From: Lentisphaerota bacterium | GTDB lineage: Bacteria > Verrucomicrobiota > Lentisphaeria > Victivallales > Victivallaceae | DNA length: 64,000 nucleotides | Assembly (NCBI GenBank): GCA_015061495.1 | Contig: SUWL01000004.1 | Coordinates: forward strand, 115 to 64,114 | Direction: 5' to 3' | In this document: positions 8,806 to 17,729 of the stretch, piece after piece | Layout of the letters: each line of letters opens with the position of its first letter | Position numbering within the stretch: position 1 is the first letter of the stretch | Notes under the pieces: generated by a model | The model's input: only the letters and a program-made list of their open reading frames with translations | Told to the model about the DNA's origin: nothing | The model's database searches: none | Translations under genes and position numbers: made by a program

Positions 8806-10839
8806 ATGAGTGAACTTCTGAAAAAAGATTGCCGGTGCGGCCACGATCACAGTCACGAATGCGGCTGCGGTCACGATCATGAATGCGGTTGCGGTCACGA
8901 TCACGGCAAAGAGGACAGCACCTGTATTTGCGGTCACGATCACAAAGCCGAGGGCGGTGTCGGTCATGACCGCAGCATGGGCAGAGTGTTTTTCGCCCTG
9001 GTCGGCGGTATCCTTACCGCCAACAGTTTTATTCTCAATGCGCTGCTGCCCGGACAGGAATTTGCCGCCAATATGTCGGCACTGGCAGGTGCTTTTATTC
9101 TGGCACTGCCGATCATCATCACTGCGGTCAAAGACCTGATCAAAGGCAAAGTTTATATGAATGAACTGGTGGCGCTGGCGATTCTGGCGGCTCTGGTCAA
9201 GGCCGATTTCCAGACTGCCGGTATCATCGCCTTTTTCCTGCTGGTGACGATCATTATCGAAACCCGTACCGCCAGCGGAGCGCAGCGTTCTATCGAAGAG
9301 TTGATCAAACTGACCCCCAATACCGCCAATCTGATCGGTGAGGACGGCAGTGAAAAAGAGGTCGCCGCACAGGATCTGCACGTCGGGGACCGCATTCGTA
9401 TCCGCCCGGGTGAGAACTTCCCGGTCGACGGTCAGATCGTTTCCGGAGAAAGTACGGTCAATCAGGCATCCATTACCGGTGAATCAGTTCCGGTGGAAAA
9501 GGTCGCCGGGGATGATGTATTCGCCGGTACGCAGAACCTGACCGGTGCCGTGGATGTCATCGTTACCAAAGTCGGCGGCGATACCACGCTCGGCAAAGTC
9601 AAAGAGATGATCATGCAGGCTGAAGCCAGCCGTACTCCTGTTGTGCGGATCATCGACCGTTACGCCGGTTATTACACTCCGACGGTGCTGATGATCGCCT
9701 GGATCACCTGGTGGTTCAGCGGCAATATCGATTCGGTGATCGCATTCCTGGTGATCGCCTGTCCTTGTGCAGTGGTGCTGGCGACACCCACGGCGGTGGT
9801 GGCGGCGGTGGCTGCCGCGGCACGTCTGGGTATTTTTATCAAAAATATCAGCCACTTGGAACTGGCAAGCCGGATCACAGCATTTGTATTTGACAAAACC
9901 GGTACGCTTACCGATGGATTGTTGTCGGTGGTCAAACTGCAGGGTGTGGAGGGCGTTTCTCCGGCAGAACTGCTCCGTTGCGCCGCTTCTGTGGAACAAT
10001 TCAGCAACCACCCGACCGCCCAGGCGATCATCAAACTTGCCCGGGAAGCGGAACTTGAACTTGATGAAGTTTCCGGATTCGCCGAAGAACACGGTAAAGG
10101 TGTCACCGGCAGTATCAATGGTGAAGTATGCCGCATCGGACGTGCCAACTGGATGCGTGACCACGGCTTGAATGTCCCGGAAACCGATCCGGAAGAGGCC
10201 GCCGGTATGAGTGTGGTCTACGTATGCAGAAACGGTCAGCTGCTCGGCTGGATCGGTTTCCGCGACAAGATCCGCAAAGAGTCTCCGGTGATGCTCTCTG
10301 ACCTCAAACGTCTGGGTGTCCGTTACTGCGCCATGGTGACCGGTGACCGTCAGTCGGTCGCTGAAGAGGTCGCCGCCCAGCTCAGCATCGATGAATTCAA
10401 AAGCGGCTGTCTGCCGGAAACCAAAGTGGAATTCGTGGAAAATGTCAAGCATGACCATGTGGTAGCTGTGGTCGGTGACGGTGTGAATGATGCTCCGGCA
10501 CTGGCAGCAGGTGATTTGGGTATCGCCATGGGAGCCATCGGCAGTGACATCGCGATCAACAGTGCTTCTGTCGCCTTGATGACCAATGACTTACGCCGTA
10601 TTGCCATGTTGCTGTTTCTGGCGAAAAAATCTCAAGTCATCATCAATCAGAATTTGATTTTCGGTATGCTGTTCGTTTTTGGCGGTATGATTCTTTCCAT
10701 TGTCGGATTGATGACTCCGATCTGGGCGGCGGTGATCCATGCGGGCAGTACGCTGGTCATTGTATTCAACAGTGCGCGTCTGGTCCGTACCGGAGAAGAA
10801 CTGACTCTGGCGGAAAAGAGTGATTCAGAGAAACAATAA
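8806..10839 (+). CDS. Heavy-metal-translocating P1B-type ATPase with a His/Cys-rich N-terminus
   Basis: TM CPC motif (ACPCAVVLATP), phosphorylation site DKTGTLT, hinge GDGVNDAP, TGES actuator motif (ITGESVP). The N-terminus holds five CGHDH units and no GMxCxxC HMA domain. Confidence 0.92.
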   Translation: MSELLKKDCRCGHDHSHECGCGHDHECGCGHDHGKEDSTCICGHDHKAEGGVGHDRSMGRVFFALVGGILTANSFILNALLPGQEFAANMSALAGAFILALPIIITAVKDLIKGKVYMNELVALAILAALVKADFQTAGIIAFFLLVTIIIETRTASGAQRSIEELIKLTPNTANLIGEDGSEKEVAAQDLHVGDRIRIRPGENFPVDGQIVSGESTVNQASITGESVPVEKVAGDDVFAGTQNLTGAVDVIVTKVGGDTTLGKVKEMIMQAEASRTPVVRIIDRYAGYYTPTVLMIAWITWWFSGNIDSVIAFLVIACPCAVVLATPTAVVAAVAAAARLGIFIKNISHLELASRITAFVFDKTGTLTDGLLSVVKLQGVEGVSPAELLRCAASVEQFSNHPTAQAIIKLAREAELELDEVSGFAEEHGKGVTGSINGEVCRIGRANWMRDHGLNVPETDPEEAAGMSVVYVCRNGQLLGWIGFRDKIRKESPVMLSDLKRLGVRYCAMVTGDRQSVAEEVAAQLSIDEFKSGCLPETKVEFVENVKHDHVVAVVGDGVNDAPALAAGDLGIAMGAIGSDIAINSASVALMTNDLRRIAMLLFLAKKSQVIINQNLIFGMLFVFGGMILSIVGLMTPIWAAVIHAGSTLVIVFNSARLVRTGEELTLAEKSDSEKQ

Positions 10840-10860
10840 TCGTCGTAAGAGGTATTTTTG

Positions 10861-12051
10861 ATGGAAGGCAATTACGAACCGGTGGTTCAGGCGGTCGGTC
10901 TGACCAAGATGTTCCGGGACTTCTGGCACCGCCCCAAAGCACGGGCGGTCAATGGCATTGATTTTGAGATCAAACCCGGTGAAGTGGTCGGATTGCTGGG
11001 ACCCAACGGTTCCGGTAAATCCACTACGGTTAAAATGCTGCTTGGTCTGCTGTATCCCACCGGCGGACAGGTAACTGTTTTCGGCAAATCCCCCCGGGCG
11101 GTCGAAACCAAACGGGAGATCGGTTATCTCCCGGAAGAGTCATATCTGTACAAATTTCTCACCGCCGAAGAAACTTTGAATTTTTTTGCATCGCTTTTCA
11201 ATATTTCTCCGGCAGACCGCAAAATGCGGATCGATCAGCTGCTGGATATGGTGGGGCTGGCACATGCCAGATACCGCCGGGTGGGGGAATTTTCCAAAGG
11301 TATGGCGCGCCGTATCGGTCTGGCGCAGGCGATGATCAACGATCCGGCGTTTCTGATCTTCGACGAGCCGACCAGTGGTCTTGACCCGTTGGGGTGCCGC
11401 GAGGTGAAAGATTTGATCCTGGCGTTGAAAAAACGGGGCAAAACGGTGCTGATCACCAGTCATCTGCTCAGTGATGTGGAAGATATCTGCGACCGGGTGA
11501 TCATCCTTTACGGCGGCAAGATCCGCGCTGAAGGTGCGTTGGATGAATTACTTACCGTCAGTGACAAAACCCGTATCCTCACTCCGCAGCTGCCGAAAAA
11601 TACGATGGACAAGGTTTTGGAACTGCTGCGGGAAAATCTGGATGGTGAAGAATTCAAGATCGATCATCCCCGCCGTACACTTGAGGAGTTCTTCCTCGAT
11701 GTCATTTCACAGGCACGCAGTGAGAGTGTCGAAACTGCCGGTGTCGCCGGCGGCAGCGGTATTGCCGAATATCTGACCGGTGCTGATCCGGATGATAAAA
11801 ATGCGGTACTTGATTCTCTGCTTAAAGAAAATGTCACCGCTTCCGCATCCCCGGCGGCGGTTCCGGAAGTGCAGAAGATAGAAAAGAGTGCCTCTGCCGA
11901 AGATGACAAACTGGCATCGGTTCTCGGTGGAAATCAACCTGCCCAGGCGGTAGTTGAGGAGAAAAACATTGTTGCGGAAGATGCGGAAAATATGCGCCGC
12001 GCCAATGACAAACTTGACTCTCTGCTCGGCGGAAAATCATCAGGTGAGTGA
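10861..12051 (+). CDS. ABC transporter ATP-binding protein (ABC-2 type) with a ~95-aa low-complexity C-terminal extension
   Basis: Walker A GPNGSGKST, signature-like FSKGMARRIGLAQAM, Walker B LIFDEPTSGLD. The RBS aagagg sits 8 nt upstream of ATG 10861. The track ORF starts 3 nt earlier at TTG 10858. Confidence 0.9.
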   Translation: MEGNYEPVVQAVGLTKMFRDFWHRPKARAVNGIDFEIKPGEVVGLLGPNGSGKSTTVKMLLGLLYPTGGQVTVFGKSPRAVETKREIGYLPEESYLYKFLTAEETLNFFASLFNISPADRKMRIDQLLDMVGLAHARYRRVGEFSKGMARRIGLAQAMINDPAFLIFDEPTSGLDPLGCREVKDLILALKKRGKTVLITSHLLSDVEDICDRVIILYGGKIRAEGALDELLTVSDKTRILTPQLPKNTMDKVLELLRENLDGEEFKIDHPRRTLEEFFLDVISQARSESVETAGVAGGSGIAEYLTGADPDDKNAVLDSLLKENVTASASPAAVPEVQKIEKSASAEDDKLASVLGGNQPAQAVVEEKNIVAEDAENMRRANDKLDSLLGGKSSGE

Positions 12052-13481
12052 TGAAAGCATTTAGAGCCATCATTGCTTTGACCTTCCGCAATGCGGTTCG
12101 GTCGCACATATTTCAACTGCTGCTGATACTGCTGCTGCTCTGTGTTACTGTGATCCCGTTTTCGGTTTCAGTTGGCAAACCGGAAGATCTGATCCGGGTA
12201 TCATTGCTCTACAGTTTGTGGTCAGTAAGCATTATTCTGGCGCTCTCGTCACTGTGGCTGGGATGTTACGTCATGTCCCATGATATCGACAGTTATCAAA
12301 TCCACATGGTGGTGTCCAAACCGGTATCCCGGATCACGATCTGGATCGGCAAGTGGTTGGGGATCAACCTGTTGAATTTTATATTGCTCTTTGTGGCAAT
12401 GCTTACGGTCTACGGCATGGTGATGTTCCGTTATCACTCTGCCGGCAAGGAAGATATGCTTGCCGACCGTGAACTTGCCCGTCAAAATGCCCGGGCGGAA
12501 AAGGAGCGTATCCGTTCGCAGGTGCTGGTCGGCAGAAAGAGTTTTCTGCCGGAAAGACCCGATGCGGAAGCTGTCGCCAATGACATTGTCCGCCGCCGCA
12601 GTGAAGAAGCGGCAAAAGCCGGCAAACCCATGAGTGAAGATGCGCGCCTGAAAATGCGCGATGAGATCAAGAACCGCATTGAGCAGAAAATGCCCGATGA
12701 GGTGCTTCCCGGCATTTCCAATGCCCAGACATGGGTATTCAAAGATGTTCCTTCTGAACTCAATAAGACCAATCTGACGCTGCGTTTCCGCCCGTATCTG
12801 GGCAAAGTAGCCAGCGAGGATCAGAATGATTCTTTTATACAGTGGGGTGTGCAGGTGCCGGCTTTTGTCAAAACCGCCGGAGAAGAAGGGGCGTTTGTAT
12901 ATGGAGCGCCGGAAATGTATTTCACCGGTACATTCCATGAGAAAGATCTGCCGCAGGGGGTCGTCAGCGAGGACGGCGTCGTAAAAATCCGGGCCATCAA
13001 CCTCGACCGTGCCGGAGGGAAACACTATTATCAGGTGGCGGACGGTCCTAAATTGCTGATTCCGGTGTGCAGTTTTGAGATGAATTATCTGCGGGCAATG
13101 CTGGTGATGATGATCCAGTTGCTGCTGCTGTCCGGACTGGCGTGCGCATTCGGCGGATTTCTCACCATGCCTACTGCGGTATTCATGGTGGCAAGTTATC
13201 TGCTCTTTGGTGCGTTGTCCATGGTGCTTACCGATCCGTCATTTTTCACGGAATCGGCATGGGATAAAATGGGACAGAGTTTGGCTCAAATGCTGTTGCT
13301 GATCGTGATACCGCTGCAGCATTTCGATGTGACGGATCTGCTTTCCGGAGGGGATCTGATCGAATTTGCCTTTATCGGTGAATTGTTTTACAAATATTTC
13401 CTGCTGCGCGGAGTGCCGTTGTTCGTTTTCGGCATCTGGCTCTACTGGCGGCGTGAAATGGGATCGGCGGTGAGAAAATGA
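12048..13481 (+). CDS. ABC-2 family permease-like membrane protein with a large soluble insertion
   Basis: N-terminal TM helices and HMVVSKPVSRITIWIGKWLG resemble the ABC-2/NosY-type permease motif. A ~200-aa hydrophilic insert separates the N- and C-terminal TM bundles. The start overlaps the upstream stop (12048-12051). Confidence 0.6.
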   Translation: MMKAFRAIIALTFRNAVRSHIFQLLLILLLLCVTVIPFSVSVGKPEDLIRVSLLYSLWSVSIILALSSLWLGCYVMSHDIDSYQIHMVVSKPVSRITIWIGKWLGINLLNFILLFVAMLTVYGMVMFRYHSAGKEDMLADRELARQNARAEKERIRSQVLVGRKSFLPERPDAEAVANDIVRRRSEEAAKAGKPMSEDARLKMRDEIKNRIEQKMPDEVLPGISNAQTWVFKDVPSELNKTNLTLRFRPYLGKVASEDQNDSFIQWGVQVPAFVKTAGEEGAFVYGAPEMYFTGTFHEKDLPQGVVSEDGVVKIRAINLDRAGGKHYYQVADGPKLLIPVCSFEMNYLRAMLVMMIQLLLLSGLACAFGGFLTMPTAVFMVASYLLFGALSMVLTDPSFFTESAWDKMGQSLAQMLLLIVIPLQHFDVTDLLSGGDLIEFAFIGELFYKYFLLRGVPLFVFGIWLYWRREMGSAVRK

Positions 13482-15175
13482 ACAGATTCCGCAATACGAC
13501 TTTGATTCTGGTGCTGCTGCTGGTCACAGCCGGGGCGCTTTTCGGTATCCGGCAGATGGAATACCGGATGGATAACGTTATCAACGAGAACAAGTTGCGT
13601 TTTACCGGGGCGGTGAATGATGCGCCGCCGGCGGTGGTATTTACGACGGTCGCTCTGGGAAGTTTCCGGGGATTGCTTGCCGACGTGCTGTGGCTGCGTT
13701 CAGAGATGCTCAAGGGCAAAAAGAACTACTTTGAAATGGTTCAGCTGGCACGGTGGATCACGGACTTGCAGCCCAACTATTCTGCCGGAACCGCATATCT
13801 GGCGTGGAATCTGGCGTACAATATCTCCGTAACCAGTTCCAATTACGAAGATCGCTGGTACTGGGTCAACGAAGGTATCAATCTGATCCGGGACAAAGCC
13901 ATGCTGTACAATCCGGATGATCCGATGATCTACCGGGAGTTGTCGTGGATCTATCTGCATAAACTCGGCAATCTGATGGACGATGCCAACTTGTATTATA
14001 AGAATCAGATGGCGACACAGATGACCAATATTCTGGGCAGTACCACGCCCAACTGGGAACTGCTTGCTGCTGCTCCGGAAAGTAAAGAGGCGTTTCTGAA
14101 AAAGTTTCCGGAAGATTCGCAATTCTGGGAAAAGGTGAAAAAAGCCGGATACAACAGTTACGATGAGCTTTTCGTCGCTTTCCGGACACCGGTCAAAGCC
14201 GCCTTGCCGGATTCTCTGCGTCTCTATCTCACGCAGGCGGAGTTCGACAGTCTGGATGCGTTTTTCCGGGCGGAACTGCTTCGCAATAAGTTGAAACTCG
14301 ATCCGCGCCGGATGGTCGAAATCGATCGCAGATATGGTAAAATGGATTGGCGCGTACCCGAATCACAGGCGATCTACTGGGCAACTGTCGGCGTGGAAAA
14401 AAGTCTGGAAAAGGGACTGCAGCCGGATATCAACTGTACCCGTATCGTTTCCAATGGTCTGCAGGCGGCATTCAAAAGCGGCAGGATCCTGACGCTCGGT
14501 GACAATTACGATGCTATTCAGGTCGTTCCGAATCTGAATCTGGCAGATTCAGCGTATGAAGCCTTTGAGCAGGCAGAAGAGGACTTCTCCGGCAGCGGTG
14601 CCGGTATGAGTTTCTACAGTGCCAAGATCAACTATCTTAAAGATGCCATTCCGCTGATCTACATCTATGGAAATATATCCAAAGCGCAGGAATTTTATGA
14701 CCGGTTGAAACAGATCGACGGAGTTACCAGAGAGCGCGGCCGCAATCTGGATGAATTCGTGATGATCGAATACGCCGAAGATGTCCGGGATGCCGATGTG
14801 AAAAAGGCCAGTGCCGTTATCAGCGGTCTGATCCAGCGTTCGCTCATCTATCTGATTTACGGCAATCGTGAATCGGCGGTCGCCAATGAAAGACTTGCCA
14901 GATACATCCACCGCAGTTACAGTGAAAAGAATAAAGATGTCAAACGCAATACGCTTTTGCCCTACAATCAGATCAAAAATGGGGTACTGGAAAATATGCG
15001 CAGATATCTGCCGCCGGCAATGGTGAATATTCTCGAAGCGGAAATTGAAGCCGAAAGGGCGGATCAGGCATCGGAACAGAAGTCTGATGCTGTTTCCGGC
15101 AGTCAACTCTGGAAACAGGAGAATCGCCGCAATCCGCTGGGGACAACTTTTGTAAAAAAGGAGACAACGATGTGA
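13478..15175 (+). CDS. Hypothetical membrane-anchored protein (565 aa), Trp/Tyr-rich helical-repeat-like
   Basis: Long ORF with a 4-nt overlap onto the upstream gene. One N-terminal TM helix (TLILVLLLVTAGALFGI). I recognise no catalytic motif. Confidence 0.6.
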   Translation: MNRFRNTTLILVLLLVTAGALFGIRQMEYRMDNVINENKLRFTGAVNDAPPAVVFTTVALGSFRGLLADVLWLRSEMLKGKKNYFEMVQLARWITDLQPNYSAGTAYLAWNLAYNISVTSSNYEDRWYWVNEGINLIRDKAMLYNPDDPMIYRELSWIYLHKLGNLMDDANLYYKNQMATQMTNILGSTTPNWELLAAAPESKEAFLKKFPEDSQFWEKVKKAGYNSYDELFVAFRTPVKAALPDSLRLYLTQAEFDSLDAFFRAELLRNKLKLDPRRMVEIDRRYGKMDWRVPESQAIYWATVGVEKSLEKGLQPDINCTRIVSNGLQAAFKSGRILTLGDNYDAIQVVPNLNLADSAYEAFEQAEEDFSGSGAGMSFYSAKINYLKDAIPLIYIYGNISKAQEFYDRLKQIDGVTRERGRNLDEFVMIEYAEDVRDADVKKASAVISGLIQRSLIYLIYGNRESAVANERLARYIHRSYSEKNKDVKRNTLLPYNQIKNGVLENMRRYLPPAMVNILEAEIEAERADQASEQKSDAVSGSQLWKQENRRNPLGTTFVKKETTM

Positions 15176-15310
15176 TCTTTTAATCTGGTTCCGTTGTCTT
15201 TATCAAACGTTCCGGCAGAAGTGCTGGAGCCGGGACGGTCAAAAGTTTTTCAGCATTAAAGATGTTCGCACACGATTGATGGTGTGAAGTAAGTTTTTTG
15301 GGGAAATAAA

Positions 15311-16591
15311 GTGGAGGATTACTTTTTATTCGGGGTGCTTTCAGCCCGTGCCGGAATTTGGGTGGTATTTTCTATCAGTTTGGGATGCGCATTGATCGTT
15401 TCTCATATCTGTTCGCTTATGGAAGCGGCGATTTTAAGCATCACCCCCAGTCAAATCGCAGAATTGCGGCAGAAAAATCCGTCTGTCGGCAATATAGTTC
15501 AAAATCTCAAGCGGGAAATAGATAAACCTCTTGCCGTGATATTGATCCTCAATACGGCGGCGCATACGATCGGCGCAGCTGTTTCCGGTGCCAGTTTTGC
15601 GGAACTCGGTTACGGCAGTTACATGGGGATTTTTTCGTTGATTTTCACGCTGGTGATGGTGCAGTATACGGAATTGCTGCCCAAAACTTTAGGTGTCCGG
15701 TTCAATTCCCGGGTGCTGGTGGTGGCGGCGCGTCCGCTGCAGATCGCCTCTGTAATACTGGCACCGTTGATCAAATTGACCAAACTGATCAATCATCCTT
15801 TTGAGGGTCATGCGCCTGCCCGGCCCACTGCTGCGGAAGAGATTTCCGCCTTGGCGGCAATGGCACGGAGCAATCAGGTCATTTCCAGCCGTCAGGAACG
15901 GATCATCCGGATGGTTCCTTCGTTATCGGAAAAGAGTGCCGAAGAGGTGATGATCGCTCTGGAAGATGTTTCATTTCTGGATGCGGATATGTCACTGGAT
16001 GATGCCATCAATGCCACCGGAGATGATTTCCACACCCGCTATCCGCTTTGTATCGAGGGTGACCGCAGCCGGGTACCAGGTTATGTCAATATCAAAGAGA
16101 TCATTCTGGCGGTCCAGCATGGCAAGGGGGATATGAAAGTATCCGACATCATGCGGCCGATCGCCTTTGCCGATTCGGATGATACTGCATCCAAACTGCT
16201 GGAAATGTTTGCCGCCCAGCACTGTCACATGACGATCGTGCGGAATGTCGTTTCCGGAAAAACTTGCGGTTTGGTCACACTGGAAGATATCGTCGAAGAA
16301 CTTATCGGGGATCTGGATGATGAATTCGATCCGCTGCCCCGTACCTTTTATGCTCCGGGTGAAAATCTCTGGGTCGTCGGCGGCGGAGTGCCGCTGTCGC
16401 AGCTGGTGCGTGATACCCAGTTGGATCTGCCGCGCCGTGCCGAATCAGTTTCATCATGGTTCGGCAGAGAACTTGGGAAACAGGTCAAAGTCGGTGACCG
16501 GCTGACGTGGAAAAATGCGGAACTGTTTGTCCGCAAGGTCCGCCGCCGTCAGGCGTGGGAATTTCACTTGAAACGCCGGAAACTGATGTGA
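15311..16591 (+). CDS. HlyC/CorC family transporter (CNNM/DUF21 + CBS pair + CorC_HlyC domain)
   Basis: N-terminal TM DUF21 region (LPKTLG motif), a CBS-like central region, and a C-terminal transporter-associated domain. GTG start. Confidence 0.82.
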   Translation: MEDYFLFGVLSARAGIWVVFSISLGCALIVSHICSLMEAAILSITPSQIAELRQKNPSVGNIVQNLKREIDKPLAVILILNTAAHTIGAAVSGASFAELGYGSYMGIFSLIFTLVMVQYTELLPKTLGVRFNSRVLVVAARPLQIASVILAPLIKLTKLINHPFEGHAPARPTAAEEISALAAMARSNQVISSRQERIIRMVPSLSEKSAEEVMIALEDVSFLDADMSLDDAINATGDDFHTRYPLCIEGDRSRVPGYVNIKEIILAVQHGKGDMKVSDIMRPIAFADSDDTASKLLEMFAAQHCHMTIVRNVVSGKTCGLVTLEDIVEELIGDLDDEFDPLPRTFYAPGENLWVVGGGVPLSQLVRDTQLDLPRRAESVSSWFGRELGKQVKVGDRLTWKNAELFVRKVRRRQAWEFHLKRRKLM

Positions 16592-16622
16592 CAACGTATT
16601 TATAAAGAAAGGAATATATATT

Positions 16623-17329
16623 ATGCCGCAGGATATCAGAAACTTCCCTCAAAATAAAATATTGGTTTCCCCGTCGATCCTCGCTGCCGATTTTTGCGAA
16701 TTGGGCAGAGAGTGTGACGAGGTGGTTGCCGCCGGTGCGGAAATGCTCCATCTGGATGTGATGGATGGCAAAATGGTACCTAATATCTCTTTCGGAGTGC
16801 CGGTGATAACTTCTTTGCGCAAACGGAACAATGCGCTTTTTGATGTGCATTTGATGATCGACCGTCCGCTTTTTTACACTCCGGCATTTGTCAAAGCCGG
16901 TGCGGATCATATCACATTTCACGTGGAAAGTTCCGATGACCGCTCAAAACCATCGAATGTATCCACAGTCACGGCTGTACTGCCGGTATGTCACTGCGCC
17001 CCGGAACTCCGGCGGAAGCACTTTTTCCCTATCTGGAACAGCTGGAAATGATCCTGGTCATGACTGTTGAACCCGGTTTCGGCGGACAGAGTTTCATGGC
17101 GGATCAGCTGCCCAAGATCGCCGCATTCCGCAAAGAGATCATCAAGCGCAATCTCAAGTGCCATATCGAAGTTGACGGCGGCATCAGCGGTAAAAATGCC
17201 GCCCAAGTCGCCGGATGCGGAGCCAATGTGCTGGTCGCCGGTACTGCGGTATTCCGCCATGTTGACGGTATGGCAGCGGGAGTTAAAGCTCTGCACGATG
17301 TGCAGGATCAGCTTGACAGCGCACTGTGA
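16623..17329 (+). pseudogene. rpe: Ribulose-phosphate 3-epimerase, split by a 1-nt frameshift near 16938-16943. This is either a genuine pseudogene or a sequencing indel.
   Basis: Frame 0 gives VSPSILAADF...LHLDVMDGKMVPNISFG...HITFHVESSDD. Frame +2 continues LKTIECIHSHGCTAGMSLRPGTPAEALFPYLEQLEMILVMTVEPGFGGQSF...VDGGI...VAGTAVF. Together they reconstitute a full Rpe. Confidence 0.85.
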
Positions 17330-17345
17330 ATTCCGGAGCGGTAAA

Positions 17346-17729
17346 ATGGTCGAACTGGATTTCGAAAAAAGCGGCGGTCTGATCCCGGCAATCGCGCAGG
17401 ATCATCAGAGCAATGAAGTGCTGATGCTGGCGTATATTTCACCTGAATCTTGGGAGGAAACGCTCAAGTCCGGATATGCCACATATTTTTCCCGCAGCCG
17501 CGGTAAGTTGTGGAAAAAGGGCGAATCCAGCGGACATTTGCAAAAGATCCGGGCCATTTTAGTGGATTGCGATCTGGACACCGTGATATTCAAAGTTGAA
17601 CAGGCAGGTCCGGGAGCATGTCACACCGGCCACCGCAGTTGTTTTTACCGCCGGATCGACGGTGAGGAACTTGGTGAAGTCGAAAAAGCTGTATTTGATG
17701 CGGAAAAAGTTTATCAGGTGAAAAAATGA
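17346..17729 (+). CDS. hisI: Phosphoribosyl-AMP cyclohydrolase (monofunctional HisI)
   Basis: GLIPAIAQDHQSNEVLMLAYISPES...YFSRSRGKLWKKGESSGH...DCDLDTVIFKVEQAG.ACHTGHRSCFYR. The upstream part of track ORF 17067..17729 is out-of-frame read-through of rpe. Confidence 0.9.
   Translation: MVELDFEKSGGLIPAIAQDHQSNEVLMLAYISPESWEETLKSGYATYFSRSRGKLWKKGESSGHLQKIRAILVDCDLDTVIFKVEQAGPGACHTGHRSCFYRRIDGEELGEVEKAVFDAEKVYQVKK

Noticed and set aside
17067-17345. N-terminal extensions offered by the ORF track: 17067 for hisI, 27934 for hycD-like, 29838/29685 for hyfB-like, 37636 for CE4, 45042 for nadB, 46877 for pcnB, 52918 for prs, 53741 for rplY, 55655 for ssb and 34673 for the methyltransferase.
   Set aside because: The extensions overlap the preceding gene or intergenic promoters and lack similarity to the protein family. 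An internal start with an RBS and a family-typical N-terminus exists in each case.
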